A DNA stretch of 64,000 bases from Asterias rubens (lineage: Eukaryota), in NCBI RefSeq assembly GCF_902459465.1, contig NC_047065.1:5642001-5706000 (forward strand), read 5' to 3'. Of this stretch, positions 1-11,569 are shown in pieces. The position numbers and the translations under genes were made by a program. Below the pieces are notes generated by a model, which saw nothing but the letters and a program-made list of their open reading frames with translations, was not told the DNA's origin and ran no database searches. Position 1 is the first letter of the stretch, and each line of letters begins with the position of its first letter.

Positions 1-142
1 TGTAAACCTCAGTCAACGCCAGCTATCTGAAACTTAAACGAATGTTTTATCCTTGGGTATGAATATTGCCCAGAACTAGTGAAGACAATTGCTTTTTATC
101 AATATGGTGTTCTTAAGATTGACGACCAGACTGGTATTCATA

Positions 143-1735
143 GTTCATATTCTTTGGAGTCCGTGACCATTTATTTGCTACCTTTTTTTCTCGATGGATT
201 TGACGTCAGGAACCATTTAAAAAGAAAATGAGCTCCTATGAACCTCTGAAATGTGATATGAACTTGTTTTATTGCGCAATATTCAAAATGGCCGCCGACG
301 CCATCTTGAAAAACATAAATTGTAATAGCTCTGGCCCCAGATGACCTAGACGGACAAATGAGATGTCCTTTTCCACTATTTCTGGCATGTCAAATACACT
401 GGAATGGTAATTGTAAAGTTTTGGGACCATCTTGACCTCTAAATCCAAGATGGCCGCCGTCGCCATCTTAAAAAAACATACAATGTAATAGCTCTGGCAC
501 CATATGACCTAGATGGACAAAAGAGATGTAATTTTCCACTATTTCTGACATGCTTAATACACTGGAATGGAAATTGTAAAGTTTGGGGACCATATTAACC
601 TCTAAATCCAAGATGGCCTCCTTCGCCATCTTGAAACATAACTTCCATATTAGCTCTGGCACCAGATGACCTAGACAAACATAGACTTAAACTATCAAAT
701 AATACAATAGAGGCATAAATAGGTTTTCATCACTCAGGATGGCCAGTGATATTTTTAGATAATAATCTTATTAAATCTTACCGAATTAAAATGATTAAGA
801 CAAACATAATGAGAACTCAGTAAAACATTTAGCAACTAGAGGGGGTACTTCAAGCAATCAAAGAAAAAGTAAACATACATAAAAAAAACAAGTCATAATT
901 ACACCTAGCTTCTCATACTTAATTAAAAAACAGCTGATAAATTCATCTTGCATTCAGTCAATTTAAATTAAAAGAGGTTGGATGGTCCCTATAAACAAAA
1001 CAAAAACCATAATTGATTTTTCATATGTTAAAAATGAAACCCTGATTGTTCTCTCAGTTTATCTGGTGCCAGAGCTGTCACATTTCATAACTTTCAAGAT
1101 GGCGGAGGCAACCATCTTGGATTTTGTGACCACGATGATCCCTAACTCTACAATTACCATTCCAGTGGATTTTGTAATGGCACAAATAGTGGGAATATAC
1201 ACCTCTTTTTCCCTATCTGGTTCCATATAGCTAGTATAATTTTCAAGATGGCGATGGCGGCCATCTTGGATTTAGAGGTCACGATAGTCCCCAAACCTTA
1301 CATTCACCTTTCCAGTGTATTTCGCATGCCAGAAATAGTGGAAAAGGACATCTCTTTTTCCCGTCTAGGTCATATGGTGCCAAGCTATTACATGCTATGT
1401 TTTTCAAGTTGGAGATGTCGGCCATCTTGGATTTAGAGGTCAAGATGGTCCCCAAACCTTACAATTACCATTCCAGTGTTTTTGGCATGCCAGATATAGT
1501 GGAAAAGGACATATATTTTGTCTGTCTAGCTCATATGGTGCCAGAGCTATTACAAGTTATGTTTTTCAAGATGGTGTCGGCGGCCATTTTGAATATTGCG
1601 CAATAAAACAAAAGTTCCTATCACATTTCAGAGGTTCATAGGGGCTTTTTTCCTTTTAGATGGTTCCTGAAGTAAAATCCATCGAGAAAAAAAGTAGCAA
1701 AAAAATGGTCACGGAATCCAAAGATATGACCCTAC
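143..1735. mobile_element. Foldback-like element: long inverted arms built from ~150-170 bp tandem modules around an AT-rich spacer
   Basis: 156-270 is the reverse complement of ~1595-1722 (GGAGTCCGTGACCATTT... vs ...AAATGGTCACGGAATCC). Modules containing AAGATGGC..GCCATCTT run in minus orientation at 267-680 and plus orientation at 1060-1610. Ends are approximate. Confidence 0.75.
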
Positions 1736-2265
1736 TATAAAGACTATTCTTTTACTCATTTCCTAAAAACTATGCCATTTCAAGCAAAACTATTTCAAGG
1801 GAAGTTTTCTACCATGACCATCTTTGTACCATGTAAGTTTTGTGCAAATCTGTGAGCATTTATATTTTCATTCTTACCAATGTTGTACACACCCTTTAAC
1901 CATATATAAAACAGTACAATCATTTGTCAGTAGTCAAAGTCCACTTGTGGAAGAAAGACATCATCATGGCCAATCTAACATTATTAAACTGTGTAAGTGT
2001 TAACTTTATTTGATACGCTTTCAGTGCAAAATCTGTTAGCACCCCCAAAACGTGTGCAACGAGCATGTAATTCCAATATGTGGTTCTGTATACTAAATTT
2101 CCATAGTATTGCGTCTAAACTGTGTTAAATTAAATTTTTAAACAAACAAATTCCTCTATGGAATGTACCTCTTAAAGTTATTGTTGGCAGCGATTGACTA
2201 AGTGATGTTTTCAGTGAAGTCTTTACTGAAAGTTAATGATATCATCAGTGCATACAACTGTTTAC

Positions 2266-2738
2266 AGGGTGGCTGCAGTGGTTTTTTTTTTATTCATTTT
2301 CACGATTAAACATGACTTTTTTTTTATTAAATGCGCAAGTATTAAAAAAAATGGTTTTCAAGAGATTAGGGGAACCCACCATCCCTAAAAGGGAGCCTTC
2401 ATTTGCATAAACGTGACGTCATGTCGGTAACCCGAGCCGTCGGGCCCCTGGCTGTGTGCATATAGAGACGTGTGCACTGTGTGGCCTGGTACCTAGGCGC
2501 GTGTAGTTAGGGACCAGACTCTTTTTGCCGACGATATGTTTGAATTCCCGACATGTCGGCGATGGTAGGGGCGGTAACAATCCACAAAAGGGGGGCGTGA
2601 CTTATTCGCTAATAACGCAAGTCAGATGTGTCGGGAATAAAAAAACAACATTTTATTGATTTATTAGTTCGATACATATATCAGAAGTAAATATACAGCA
2701 AAATTAACTGTTTTATTTTAATTCACTGCAGCATCCCT
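2266..2738. mobile_element. Non-autonomous DNA transposon, Kolobok-like
   Basis: Terminal inverted repeats AGGGTGGCTGCAGTG / CACTGCAGCATCCCT. Right flank is TTAA, left flank degenerate (TTAC). Confidence 0.6.
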
Positions 2739-2913
2739 TTAAAACAACTTGGCATAATATTTTTGCCAAGTTGTACTCAACATTTTTTTTGTATAGGCAC
2801 TGTGTCTTTTTGTTTTGCTGTGATATTATCACAGCAAAACAAGAAGCACAAAAACATGTTTGAACTGACTTGGACTGCGTTTTTTGTATTACTTACAAAT
2901 AATTCCACGTGAG

Positions 2914-3250
2914 TTAAAGTGTGTATGTACTTTTTGTAGGACTAAAAACACAATGTCCACAGATTTACACTAAACTTACACAGTTTGAATATAACGATAG
3001 TAGAAAGCTTCCCTGAAAATATTATGTGCTGAAGTGCTGTAGTTTTGGGGAAATGAGTAAAACAATGTCATGAAAATTATTGTAAGCCTTTACAAACGTA
3101 TTTTCATGAAATAATTTTACTCATTTCTCAAAAACTACAGCACCTCAGTAAGTAATATTTGAAGGGAAGCTTTCCACTACTATTATCTTCCAACCCTGTA
3201 CGTTTAATGTAAATCTATGGACATTTTGAAAAAGTACCCAAATCCTTTAA
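2914..3250. mobile_element. Palindromic MITE flanked by TTAA
   Basis: TTAA at 2914-2917 and 3247-3250, with long imperfect internal inverted arms (GAAAGCTTCCCT...TGCTGTAGTTTT vs AAAACTACAGCA...AGGGAAGCTTTC). Confidence 0.6.
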
Positions 3251-3274
3251 TAAGGGTCAAATTGTGCAGTAGAC

Positions 3275-3362
3275 TCACCTTCCCGAGTTCTGTGAAAAAA
3301 AGTAGGCATATTACTCGGGTGGGATTCGAACCCACAACCTATTTTTTGCTATTCTAGAGCAA
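3275..3362 (-). mobile_element. tRNA-derived SINE fragment
   Basis: Reverse complement of the SINE head at 11570-11720 (TTACTCGGGTGGGATTCGAACCCAC...TTCTAGAGCA). Confidence 0.65.
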
Positions 3363-3403
3363 TATGTCAGATCAACTAGACCAATATCCATTTTTTCAAC
3401 CAG

Positions 3404-5427
3404 GGCCAGCAGTTGGTGTCACGAGTGTAGTGACCAGAGAGATGATTGGTCATCATTTCAGAGAATCGCTTACAATGGCACTTGGTTTGGGCGGCCTTGG
3501 AAGTTCACTTGCCTTCGTCACCATGGTGCCCCTAACACAGTTCTTCTTGGATACCTACGGTTGGAGGGGAACCATGCTGTTACTCGGTGCGATATTCTCC
3601 CATCTTGGTGTCTGTGGAGCTTTGATGAAAGAACCCGCTGTAACAAGAAGTTATGATGAATATCAAACAGTTGATGTAATAGAAGAACCGGCTGTTACCG
3701 GTGAAGGAGAAGCAGACGCATCAAACAGTCGTTGTCACTCTTGTCTGGAAACTGTTCACTCATTCTTCAGTAAGACATTCAATATTAGTTTGTTATCATC
3801 AACATCATTCTGGCTTATAAACTTTATGATGAACATATGGATGATTATGTACACAGCTTGGTTCATTTACTTTGTTCCAAACACCATTTCGAAAGGACTT
3901 TCACTTAAAGAAGCTTCCACTTGTGTTGTTATTTATGGAATCGGCAGACTACCTGCAAGTGTCACCATAGGTCCTTTGGTTCGTTACATCCCAGGTATAA
4001 ACAACTCGGGTTGGCTAGGCATTGGACTTGTCACACAATGCATCTATTACCTCCTCGATCCATGGCTAATTACTTATTGGCCGATTTTCTGGGCTGCTTT
4101 CATCTTTGGCTATTTTTCTGCGGTGCTCTTGTTGCTATTTGACGTCATAATTATTGACATTTTTGGTGCTGATCAGCTGGGATCCGTTCTAGGTTTGATT
4201 GGACCTTCCGCCGGTTTAAGCAGGATTTTCTCTTTGTATTTTCCAGGTAAGTGTTAAAGTAAGTTTGCAGACATTAATTTGTGGCTTGTGAACATTAAGG
4301 TCCTGCCACAAGAGGCAATTTATTGGCAACCAGTTCCACACAATATCCAAGAAGAAAAGCCAGTCACATTTTATTGTTTACCTATTGTTATTACTCGTGG
4401 GGATCGTATAGACATTGTTTGAAAATTGTACTCATGTGCTACTAAAGTGTTCCTATAGCATTCACTGCAGTTGGTTGCCTCCAAGTTGCTCGTTAAAGTT
4501 GCCTCGTCAGACAAGCCCCTTTAGGAAACAGACTGCAAAACAATGGTGGCGTATTTAATCAACGTATTAAAGGCATGGACACTATTGGTAATTGTCAAAG
4601 ACTAGCCTTCACAGTTGGTGTATCTCAACATATGAATAAAATAACAAACCTGTGAAAATTTGAGCTCAATCGGTCATCGAACTTGCGAGATAATAATGAA
4701 AGAAAAAAAAACACCCTTGTCACATGAAGTTGTGTGCGTTTAGATGGTTGATTTCGAGATCTCAAATTCTAAACTTGAGGTCTCGAAATCAAATTCGTGG
4801 AAAATTACTTCTTTCTCGAAAACTACGTCACTTCAGAGGGAGCCATTTCTCACAATGTTTTATACCATCAACCTCTCCCCATTACTTTTTTACAAAGAAA
4901 GGGTTTATGCTAATACTTATTTTGTGAAATTACCAATAGTGTTCACTGCCTTTAAAGTTGCCTCGTCAGACAAGCCCCTTTAGGAAACAGACTGCAAAAC
5001 AATGGTGGCGTCTTTAATCAACGTTTTAAGCATATCGTTTCCCGCAAAAGAAGCCAACACTTAACATTTTAAAAACAAAAATAATTCCTTAAGCCTGCTG
5101 AAAAAATTTAAAAGAACATTAACTATTAAGATGATTAATTAACATGACCCAGTAGGCCATACCATCCATATTCGGGAAGGGAAACAAAATATAGCCAACA
5201 ATCTTTTTTTACAAACTTCTCAGGTCGCGTGAGTATGCGCGCCTTTTTGTCCACTATCCTGATTTCTGTTTTGTGTTTTGTTGTCTTCATTGTGCGCAGG
5301 ATTAATCTACGACATTCTCGGGAGCTATACCCTAGCCTTTACTGTAATGGGAGGTGTCCAGTGTCTTACAGTTGTGGCTTTATTACTTCTCGTTTGGTTA
5401 CAAAGACGCCATCCATCTGGACTCTGA
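3404..5427 (+). CDS. SLC16/monocarboxylate-transporter-like MFS protein, last two coding exons (3404-4246, 5300-5427); 5' exons not found in the window
   Basis: The large exon encodes GLGGLGSSLAFVTMVPLTQFFLDTYGWRGTMLLLGAIFSHLGVCGALMKEP and further TM helices. It has acceptor CAG at 3401-3403 and donor GTAAGT at 4247. A phase-1 join to 5300 gives GLIYDILGSYTLAFTVMGGVQCLTVVALLLLVWLQRRHPSGL*, a typical MCT last-helix segment. Confidence 0.9.
4571..4951. mobile_element. Kolobok-like MITE, the abundant ~380-bp AGGCAGTGGACAC family
   Basis: TIR AGGCA(G)TGGACAC / GTGTTCACTGCCT with TTAA on both sides. Purine-purine termini plus a TTAA TSD are the Kolobok signature. Confidence 0.8.
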
Positions 5428-6686
5428 TGGGAGATGTCTACTGTCGTGTCAGTTGCATGCAGTTGAGCGAAAGGATGTCTTCAGCCTTCTCGGGAATTGG
5501 AAACTCCGATTGTCGTCTTCCACGCATCCCGGTCCAGGATCAGCGTCCTAAGCATAGTTGTTAAACCCTAGACTTGACACAAGTCTTAAACTCGTTTGAG
5601 TCTTTTTTGTTTGTTTCAATCCCATCGCCGAACATCAGAAAACTCACCAGCCTGTGCCCTGCGGGACCACACTAGCTACATTTTGACGGCGGATATACTT
5701 GAATCGTGTCTAATAATAAACCCCATGTATTGTGGGCCGCCATCTTTGATTAATGTGCGCGAGTGAAAAGCTTTCATTGGCTGTGATTCGTGCTGCTCAG
5801 CGCGTAGGCCAACGCGTGCACTTTTCCCTTGTTTAACATCAAAGATGGCGGTCAATGACGTCATGTGGATTTCGACTATAGACCCTGATTAATTTGTAAT
5901 GTTTGTAGTGACGTAACACTATTGGGTGAAACTGTAATTGACTATTGGCATTCTTGTCCTAAATAAGGACTTGACTCCACAAAAATAATGGCAATTTCGA
6001 GGCATATTTGTATGGATCATTGTATCCTACTTTATTAAAACATCATTCTACCCATTATGCATTTTATGACAAACGGTTTAAAACGTTTTTCATAGACCAA
6101 CTCGCCCGATGCAAGGCAATTCGTTCCCTTTCAGTAAGGGTCAACAGGTGAGGTCGCTATCATTATGTTGCACTACATGTATACGTTTAATGTTATTATG
6201 TAGTTTTTGTTGGGAAGCATTTCGAAAGAGCAAACAAATCAGTGAATGTATTCTAAGTTTGCTTTTAATTATTAATTAACATAAAAAAAATTAAAAAAAA
6301 TGATGCCTGAGTCGGTTTACTACAAAAGGTCTTTATCTAAAGGCTAACTAAAATATATTTTTTGTGTTTCTGTTTCTACAAAAATGATTATTTTAGAGTA
6401 TTTTTGCTAGTAATTTCTTCTCCCAAAAATGCTTAAAATGTTTTCCAATTGCTTGCTCGTAAGTCGTATTGTTTTTTTAGTTGTTACAGTTTTCTGGTGT
6501 TCATGCATCTGTTTTTATTCTCTGTAAGGCTTGGATTGCTATTTTGCTTACATTTTTACTGATGTACTTTTCTTTAACTGCTTCTGGTGTAAAAATCATT
6601 ATGGAACTGTAACTGTCATGCGCACTCGAACAGGCTCGTTCTGGAGAGAGCGCAATATAAAAAATAAAAAATAAAATATATTATTA

Positions 6687-7081
6687 TAGGTTTTCTCGGT
6701 CAAATTAAGAAAATGAGCGGTCAATTTCATTTTCATGCGTTCGAGTTAAAGCAGTTTGTCTCTCCAGTTGTTACTGCGTTTCAAATTCAGAATTCGGCCA
6801 TTCAGTTTCATTTTGAGTCGAGTCAAATTCCTCAATTAAGCATATCGTCATTCTTTTTCGTGACACACACGCTTCAAGAAGCGTCTGTGAATTTGAATGC
6901 TGCTTTGATGAATTGTTAAATTGAATGAATATTTTGTTAAATCGAATCACGCAACATTACATTTGATTAATCATAAAATGAAATCGATGACCCTTTTCAC
7001 TAGCATTTGATTTCGCGCGAAACAGAATAGCTTGGTGGTTAAATTGGCTGATCATTTGCCGAAATTGACCGAGAAAACCTA
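6687..7081. mobile_element. TA-flanked MITE (Tc1/mariner-like)
   Basis: 17-bp TIR TAGGTTTTCTCGGTCAA / TTGACCGAGAAAACCTA, with TA on both flanks. Confidence 0.75.
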
Positions 7082-7227
7082 TATTATCATAAAGGAGAGT
7101 ACAAAAAACCATAATGAATTAATACGCCACAAACAAAATTACTGCAAGTTGTAAATACTAAAGACAAATGACAAAATTCACGACTTAATCCAAGGAGTCC
7201 AAGCCGTAAATGGTCCCAGAGCAATCA

Positions 7228-8239
7228 TTATCGTCTTGACATGTTCGCAATTTGTGAGCCAACAATTTTGCGCCACAGTTTGAGCGCTGCTTGGTTGATT
7301 TTATGCTTGTTATGGAGTATCCCAACCCCAATGCCTCCTTTCATCGCACGATTCAAACTCTGAGTCTGCTCGTACAGTAAAGAATACCTCAGATGGACAC
7401 CGGATTTTGTCAAACAGATCCCCACAAATACATCATCGAGACGAAGGAAAGGTACATACTTCGATACATCGAAGACACTTACAGCTGCATCTCGAGACAT
7501 TGCGTAGCAAGCGCCTTGAAGAAAAGGTGGATACAAATTATCGGCGAACTCCTCCTTTGGCATGTAACACTTATTTGTCTTGGCCCTGCTCACGGGAATG
7601 TTGGTCTGAAGATGTCCCTCTGCAAATTTAGTCTTGGGCATTGTAGACAGACGTTTCACCAGTGTAACAATGTTAATCATCATGTCAGAATCTACACTCA
7701 CCACAAAGCTGGTTTGAGGGCAGTACATCGAGACCCACTTCAGTCCCATCATGTTCTTGTAAGTCAGATTTGTGTAAGCATCGATGAAGTCTTCTTGGAT
7801 AAGATCATGAAATGTACTGTCCTCCTCTTAAATTTGTTTCCGAATGATGGGGGTCCGTTGACTCCCCTAGAAGAAACATCGTCAGGACCCGCCTGCCGAG
7901 CACCTCCTTGACACCTCCCCAAGTTTTCCGGATTTGCTGCCGGTCCAACTTCTCGAACGGCGCACATTTGACGAGCAAAACCAAGAAGAGTGCTCCTTGT
8001 GAGTTGTTCCTGTTGAAGCAGGCAGCTTGGTTGTGTATTGTAAACTTAAACAGATGAGGATTGACGACTGGTTTCACTGTGGTCATCTCAGTGGTTGTAT
8101 GTTTGTTGGTGGGTCTTGGCGTTGTGATTGGCAAACGGCTACCGTCTACTTTACGCGATGGTAGCATAAAATATCCCAGTGCGACAACCACCAAAAGTAC
8201 GTAAATCAACGCAAAACGGACGGCAGGTATGGTCTTCAT
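7228..8239 (-). CDS. Intronless GT31 beta-1,3-galactosyltransferase-like gene with a net +1 frameshift near 7828-7855 (pseudogene or assembly error)
   Basis: N-terminal TM anchor, then FLVLLVKCAPFEKLDRQQIRKTWG and FLLGES. After the frameshift: EEDSTFHDLIQEDFIDAYTNLTYKNMMGLKWV, DSD (DxD motif), YPPFLQGACY and LDDVFVGIC. The span is 1012 nt = 337 codons + 1. Confidence 0.88.
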
Positions 8240-8493
8240 CGTTAATTGGATCTCCTTGTCTCAGATGTTGTTTTATATTAACACACAGACTTAAAGACAC
8301 CGATGACCTTACTTTAGGTATATTTTAAAATCTCCTCATGGGTTACACAAGTATGGGTGTGCGCTGATTGTGCGGCATACTAAACAGGGGTTCATCAACA
8401 CTTCATCTTATACCCCCTGCTTTTTTCTGTATGCTTTCTAACCCCATTCATGTATTTCCACTTCACTGCTTATGTTTGTTGTGTTGTCATTTT

Positions 8494-8535
8494 AGCCTTC
8501 GAGAAAGACTCTTCCTGGGTCGAAACGTCAGGCCA
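8494..8535 (+). other. Penelope-like-element end remnant with a degenerate minimal hammerhead-like motif
   Basis: GCCT-TCGAGAAA-GACTC(ttcct)GGGTC-GAAACGTC-AGGC has an outer stem, stem II, GAAA and a GUC triplet. The core deviates from CUGANGA. Confidence 0.45.
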
Positions 8536-9715
8536 TTAACTATTTTTTTGTAAGGCGAATGCTGCTCCTTTGCTGGGGCTCACTCATGCCTCTCACACTC
8601 GGCTTCATATCTTGGACTCTTCCCTATAGTCACCCGCAGCCAAACCTTTATGTCTTAAGTAAAGTGGGCTCAAAGTTGTATATAACAAATTTTAAAAGAC
8701 TGCTTAGCTGTTAGTATTTGAAAATATACATGTCGTCAGGGAATTAGAACAAAGACCTGAACAAAACTAAATACATTAGTAAACAGATTGTAAAGTAAAA
8801 ATTTAAATTAAAGTAGATTTGTGCAGAAAGTTAGTCGGAGTGAAGACCAGGCATTCAGGGGACTCAAAGTCTGGTCGAAACCAGCGTGGTGATCACCCAT
8901 TAGAACCTTTAAGGGGTGGCTATTTCCGATCCCTCCTTTACTTTCCCACCCGGAATAATCACCCTTTCCTAGTTTGGGGAGAGACATGACGGACCCCAAT
9001 CACTTACTGGTGCCAGCAGTAAAAGTCATGTCCCTTTGGTACGGGAATAGGATTCGAACCGGATGTCCCAGCTCTGGATAGCACGCAATTGAACTATCCA
9101 GTGCACCATGTCGCCACAGTGCCCGTTGGTGTTTGAAGCTGGTTTTTAATACTACTTGTATAATTCACTGGCGCCTATAAGGCAAAATAAAGAATATAAA
9201 AACACAACCGAGTATCGAACCCGGTTCTGGTGGCTCTCAGCCAATTAGCACTTCATGTAGCTACGACGCGACCTGAAGAGATATCAAAATATAAAAGTAT
9301 TTAAACCAAATTAATTTTGTAAGCAAACCAAAATTAATCACGCAACTATAGACGGAATTACAGGTGGGGGTTTATAATGTGAGGTTTTGGAAAGAAGTGT
9401 TATCGTGAAAGCAGTTTTAAATTGTAGGAATTGACCAAAATCAATTTTGAGAGATCGATTAGGTAACAGTGAGATCTTCTCTCTACTCTTCAGCATTTAT
9501 ACAACCGCGGCAGTAGGCTTGTGGCTAGGGATGGCTGGGTGTTCCAGATGAATGTTGACCTGATAAGAGTCACAGTGAAACCGGTGAGTACAATGAAGAG
9601 ATTTTGGCTAATTGGAAAATTATTGAGCTAATTATTGGAAAATCACAAGTCCAGCTTTTTAATGATTTTTTTTTGCCAAAATATTTAAACAAACCACAGC
9701 ATTTATTGTACTTAA

Positions 9716-10089
9716 AGGCAGTGGACACTTTTGGTAACTGTCAAAGATTAGCCTTCACAGTTGGTGTATTTCTACATAATGCATAAAATAACAAAACTGT
9801 GAAAATTTGAGTTCAATCGGTCATCAAAGTTGCGAGATAATAATGAAAGACAAAAACACCCTTGTCACACAAAGTTGTGTGCGTTTAGATGGTCGATTTC
9901 GAGACCTCAAGTTCTAAATCTGAGGTCTCGAAATCAAATTCGTGGAAAACTACTTCTTTCTCGAAAACTATGTCACTTCAGAGGGAGCCGTTTCTCACAA
10001 TGTTTTATACTATCAACCTCTCCCCACACCAAGAAAGGTTTTATGCTAATAATTATTTTGAGTAATATTACCAATAATGTCCACTGCCT
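9716..10089. mobile_element. Kolobok-like MITE (AGGCAGTGGACAC family)
   Basis: TIRs AGGCAGTGGACAC / ATGTCCACTGCCT with TTAA flanks. Confidence 0.8.
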
Positions 10090-11251
10090 TTAACACAGCG
10101 GCAGTAGGCTTGTGGCTCGGGATCACTGGAAGTGGGTTCATAGGTGAATGGTTATTATTTTGCTATTTGACATATATTTGATATTTTTGGCTGATCACTT
10201 AGTCCAGCTTCTTAATGATTTGGTTGACAAAATATAAAACAAACCACATGTTCAACATTTGAAACAAATCACAACGGGTAAGTCCGAAGTTGAACAAGTC
10301 CTCAGTAGAAGGCCTAATTCCAGCAATTGTATCAAAATTTGAATCCCATAATTATTGAAATAAAATTTAAGAGGTAGGCACTATTTATAAGCAAAATCGG
10401 GCCGAATTTAAGAGAAACACATGGGGTTAGTCAAACATTGTTGTCCAATGTAGGCCAAATTTGCATATGCAATAATGTCCGCCGGACGGTTTTGCATAAG
10501 CAATCGTGTCCGCCCGGACGCTGCTGCATAATGCAATTGTGTCCGCCCGGACACATTAGCACATACAGGAGTTGTGTCCGCCCCCGTGCAAAACCGTCCT
10601 TGCAGTAAATTAAACACCCTTGATCAATGGAACACGTTCGCCTTGTTTATCACCTAAGTGCATGTCATGAATGACATGAAATAAATTTTGTTCGGCCGTT
10701 GGGTATTCGCTGCAATCATAAAATCACGAATATTCATGATGCACATTATGTAGGTTCAGTGCATGCACGCTCGCTTACGCGGGCACATACATCAGTCATG
10801 TACCATGTCCGCCGGACGGTTTTTGCATAACCCCAGACACGATTGCATGTGCAAAAGTGTCCGGAGCGGACAATATTACATGGTGGACACAATTGCATCT
10901 GACACCGGCCTTAGACCTCAGTCATTTCAAATAAGATACGCTGTCAACTCAAATTGCGAACGTGACAGAAGTGATTCTTTGGGCACCTATGTCACTGCAC
11001 GTTTATCAAACGATGATTGGGTGCGTTCGTTTAGCTTCCCTGGGTCGACCCCGATGTGTGGCGTTTTTTTTTTTACCAGGACGGACGTGTGCAGATAGTT
11101 ACCCACGTTCGTCCTGGAAAAAAGAAACGCCACACACCGGGGTCGACCCAATGGAATCTCGGGCCCAGTCTATACTAACGTTAGTTTCCCATAGGGTAGA
11201 CTGGGCACCTCTCTAGGGGGCGCTGTACAAGGCCTATACTCCTCAACCAGC

Positions 11252-11284
11252 CATAGAGTAAGGACAGACTGTCCTTACTCTATG
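11252..11284. mobile_element. 33-bp TIR-only derivative of a P-superfamily-like element
   Basis: Perfect 16-bp inverted repeat CATAGAGTAAGGACAG-A-CTGTCCTTACTCTATG with flanks AACCAGC/AACCAAC (6/7). It has the same terminus as the element at 60676-61672. Confidence 0.55.
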
Positions 11285-11569
11285 AACCAACCAATGCAAG
11301 GCATTGCTAAAACAAGAAATACCTGAACATAAATATATTAAAATATTTAATCCCCTTCAAATCGAAGAAAAAATTACATCATTCCCTGTTTCACCTTTGT
11401 TTCTCCTTTTCAATTCAGCAGGCCATTTCTGCGGCTGCGCTCCCCCATTTGCCCAAAATGAAATGAAAGGGTTACGGAGCAATTTTTAGGGCTAACTCAA
11501 AGTGTTCCATGTTAAAATTCGACAGCCAAGTGACATGGCCTACCGTTATTAGAAAAACAAATCTACAAC

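Noticed and set aside
269-1606. Repeated short ORFs (MATAAILDLEVKMVPK...)
   Set aside because: They are translations of the foldback modules on both strands, with frame breaks and no splice support.
4724-4983. Recurrent ORFs such as LRSRNQIRGKLLLSRKL / FEISNSKLEVSKSNSWKITSFSK
   Set aside because: They are chance frames in the abundant ~380-bp TTAA MITE and recur wherever it is inserted.
8835-8886. Second hammerhead-like motif (GACCAG...CTGGTC-GAAAC)
   Set aside because: It has no CUGANGA-like core, NUH triplet or closing stem.
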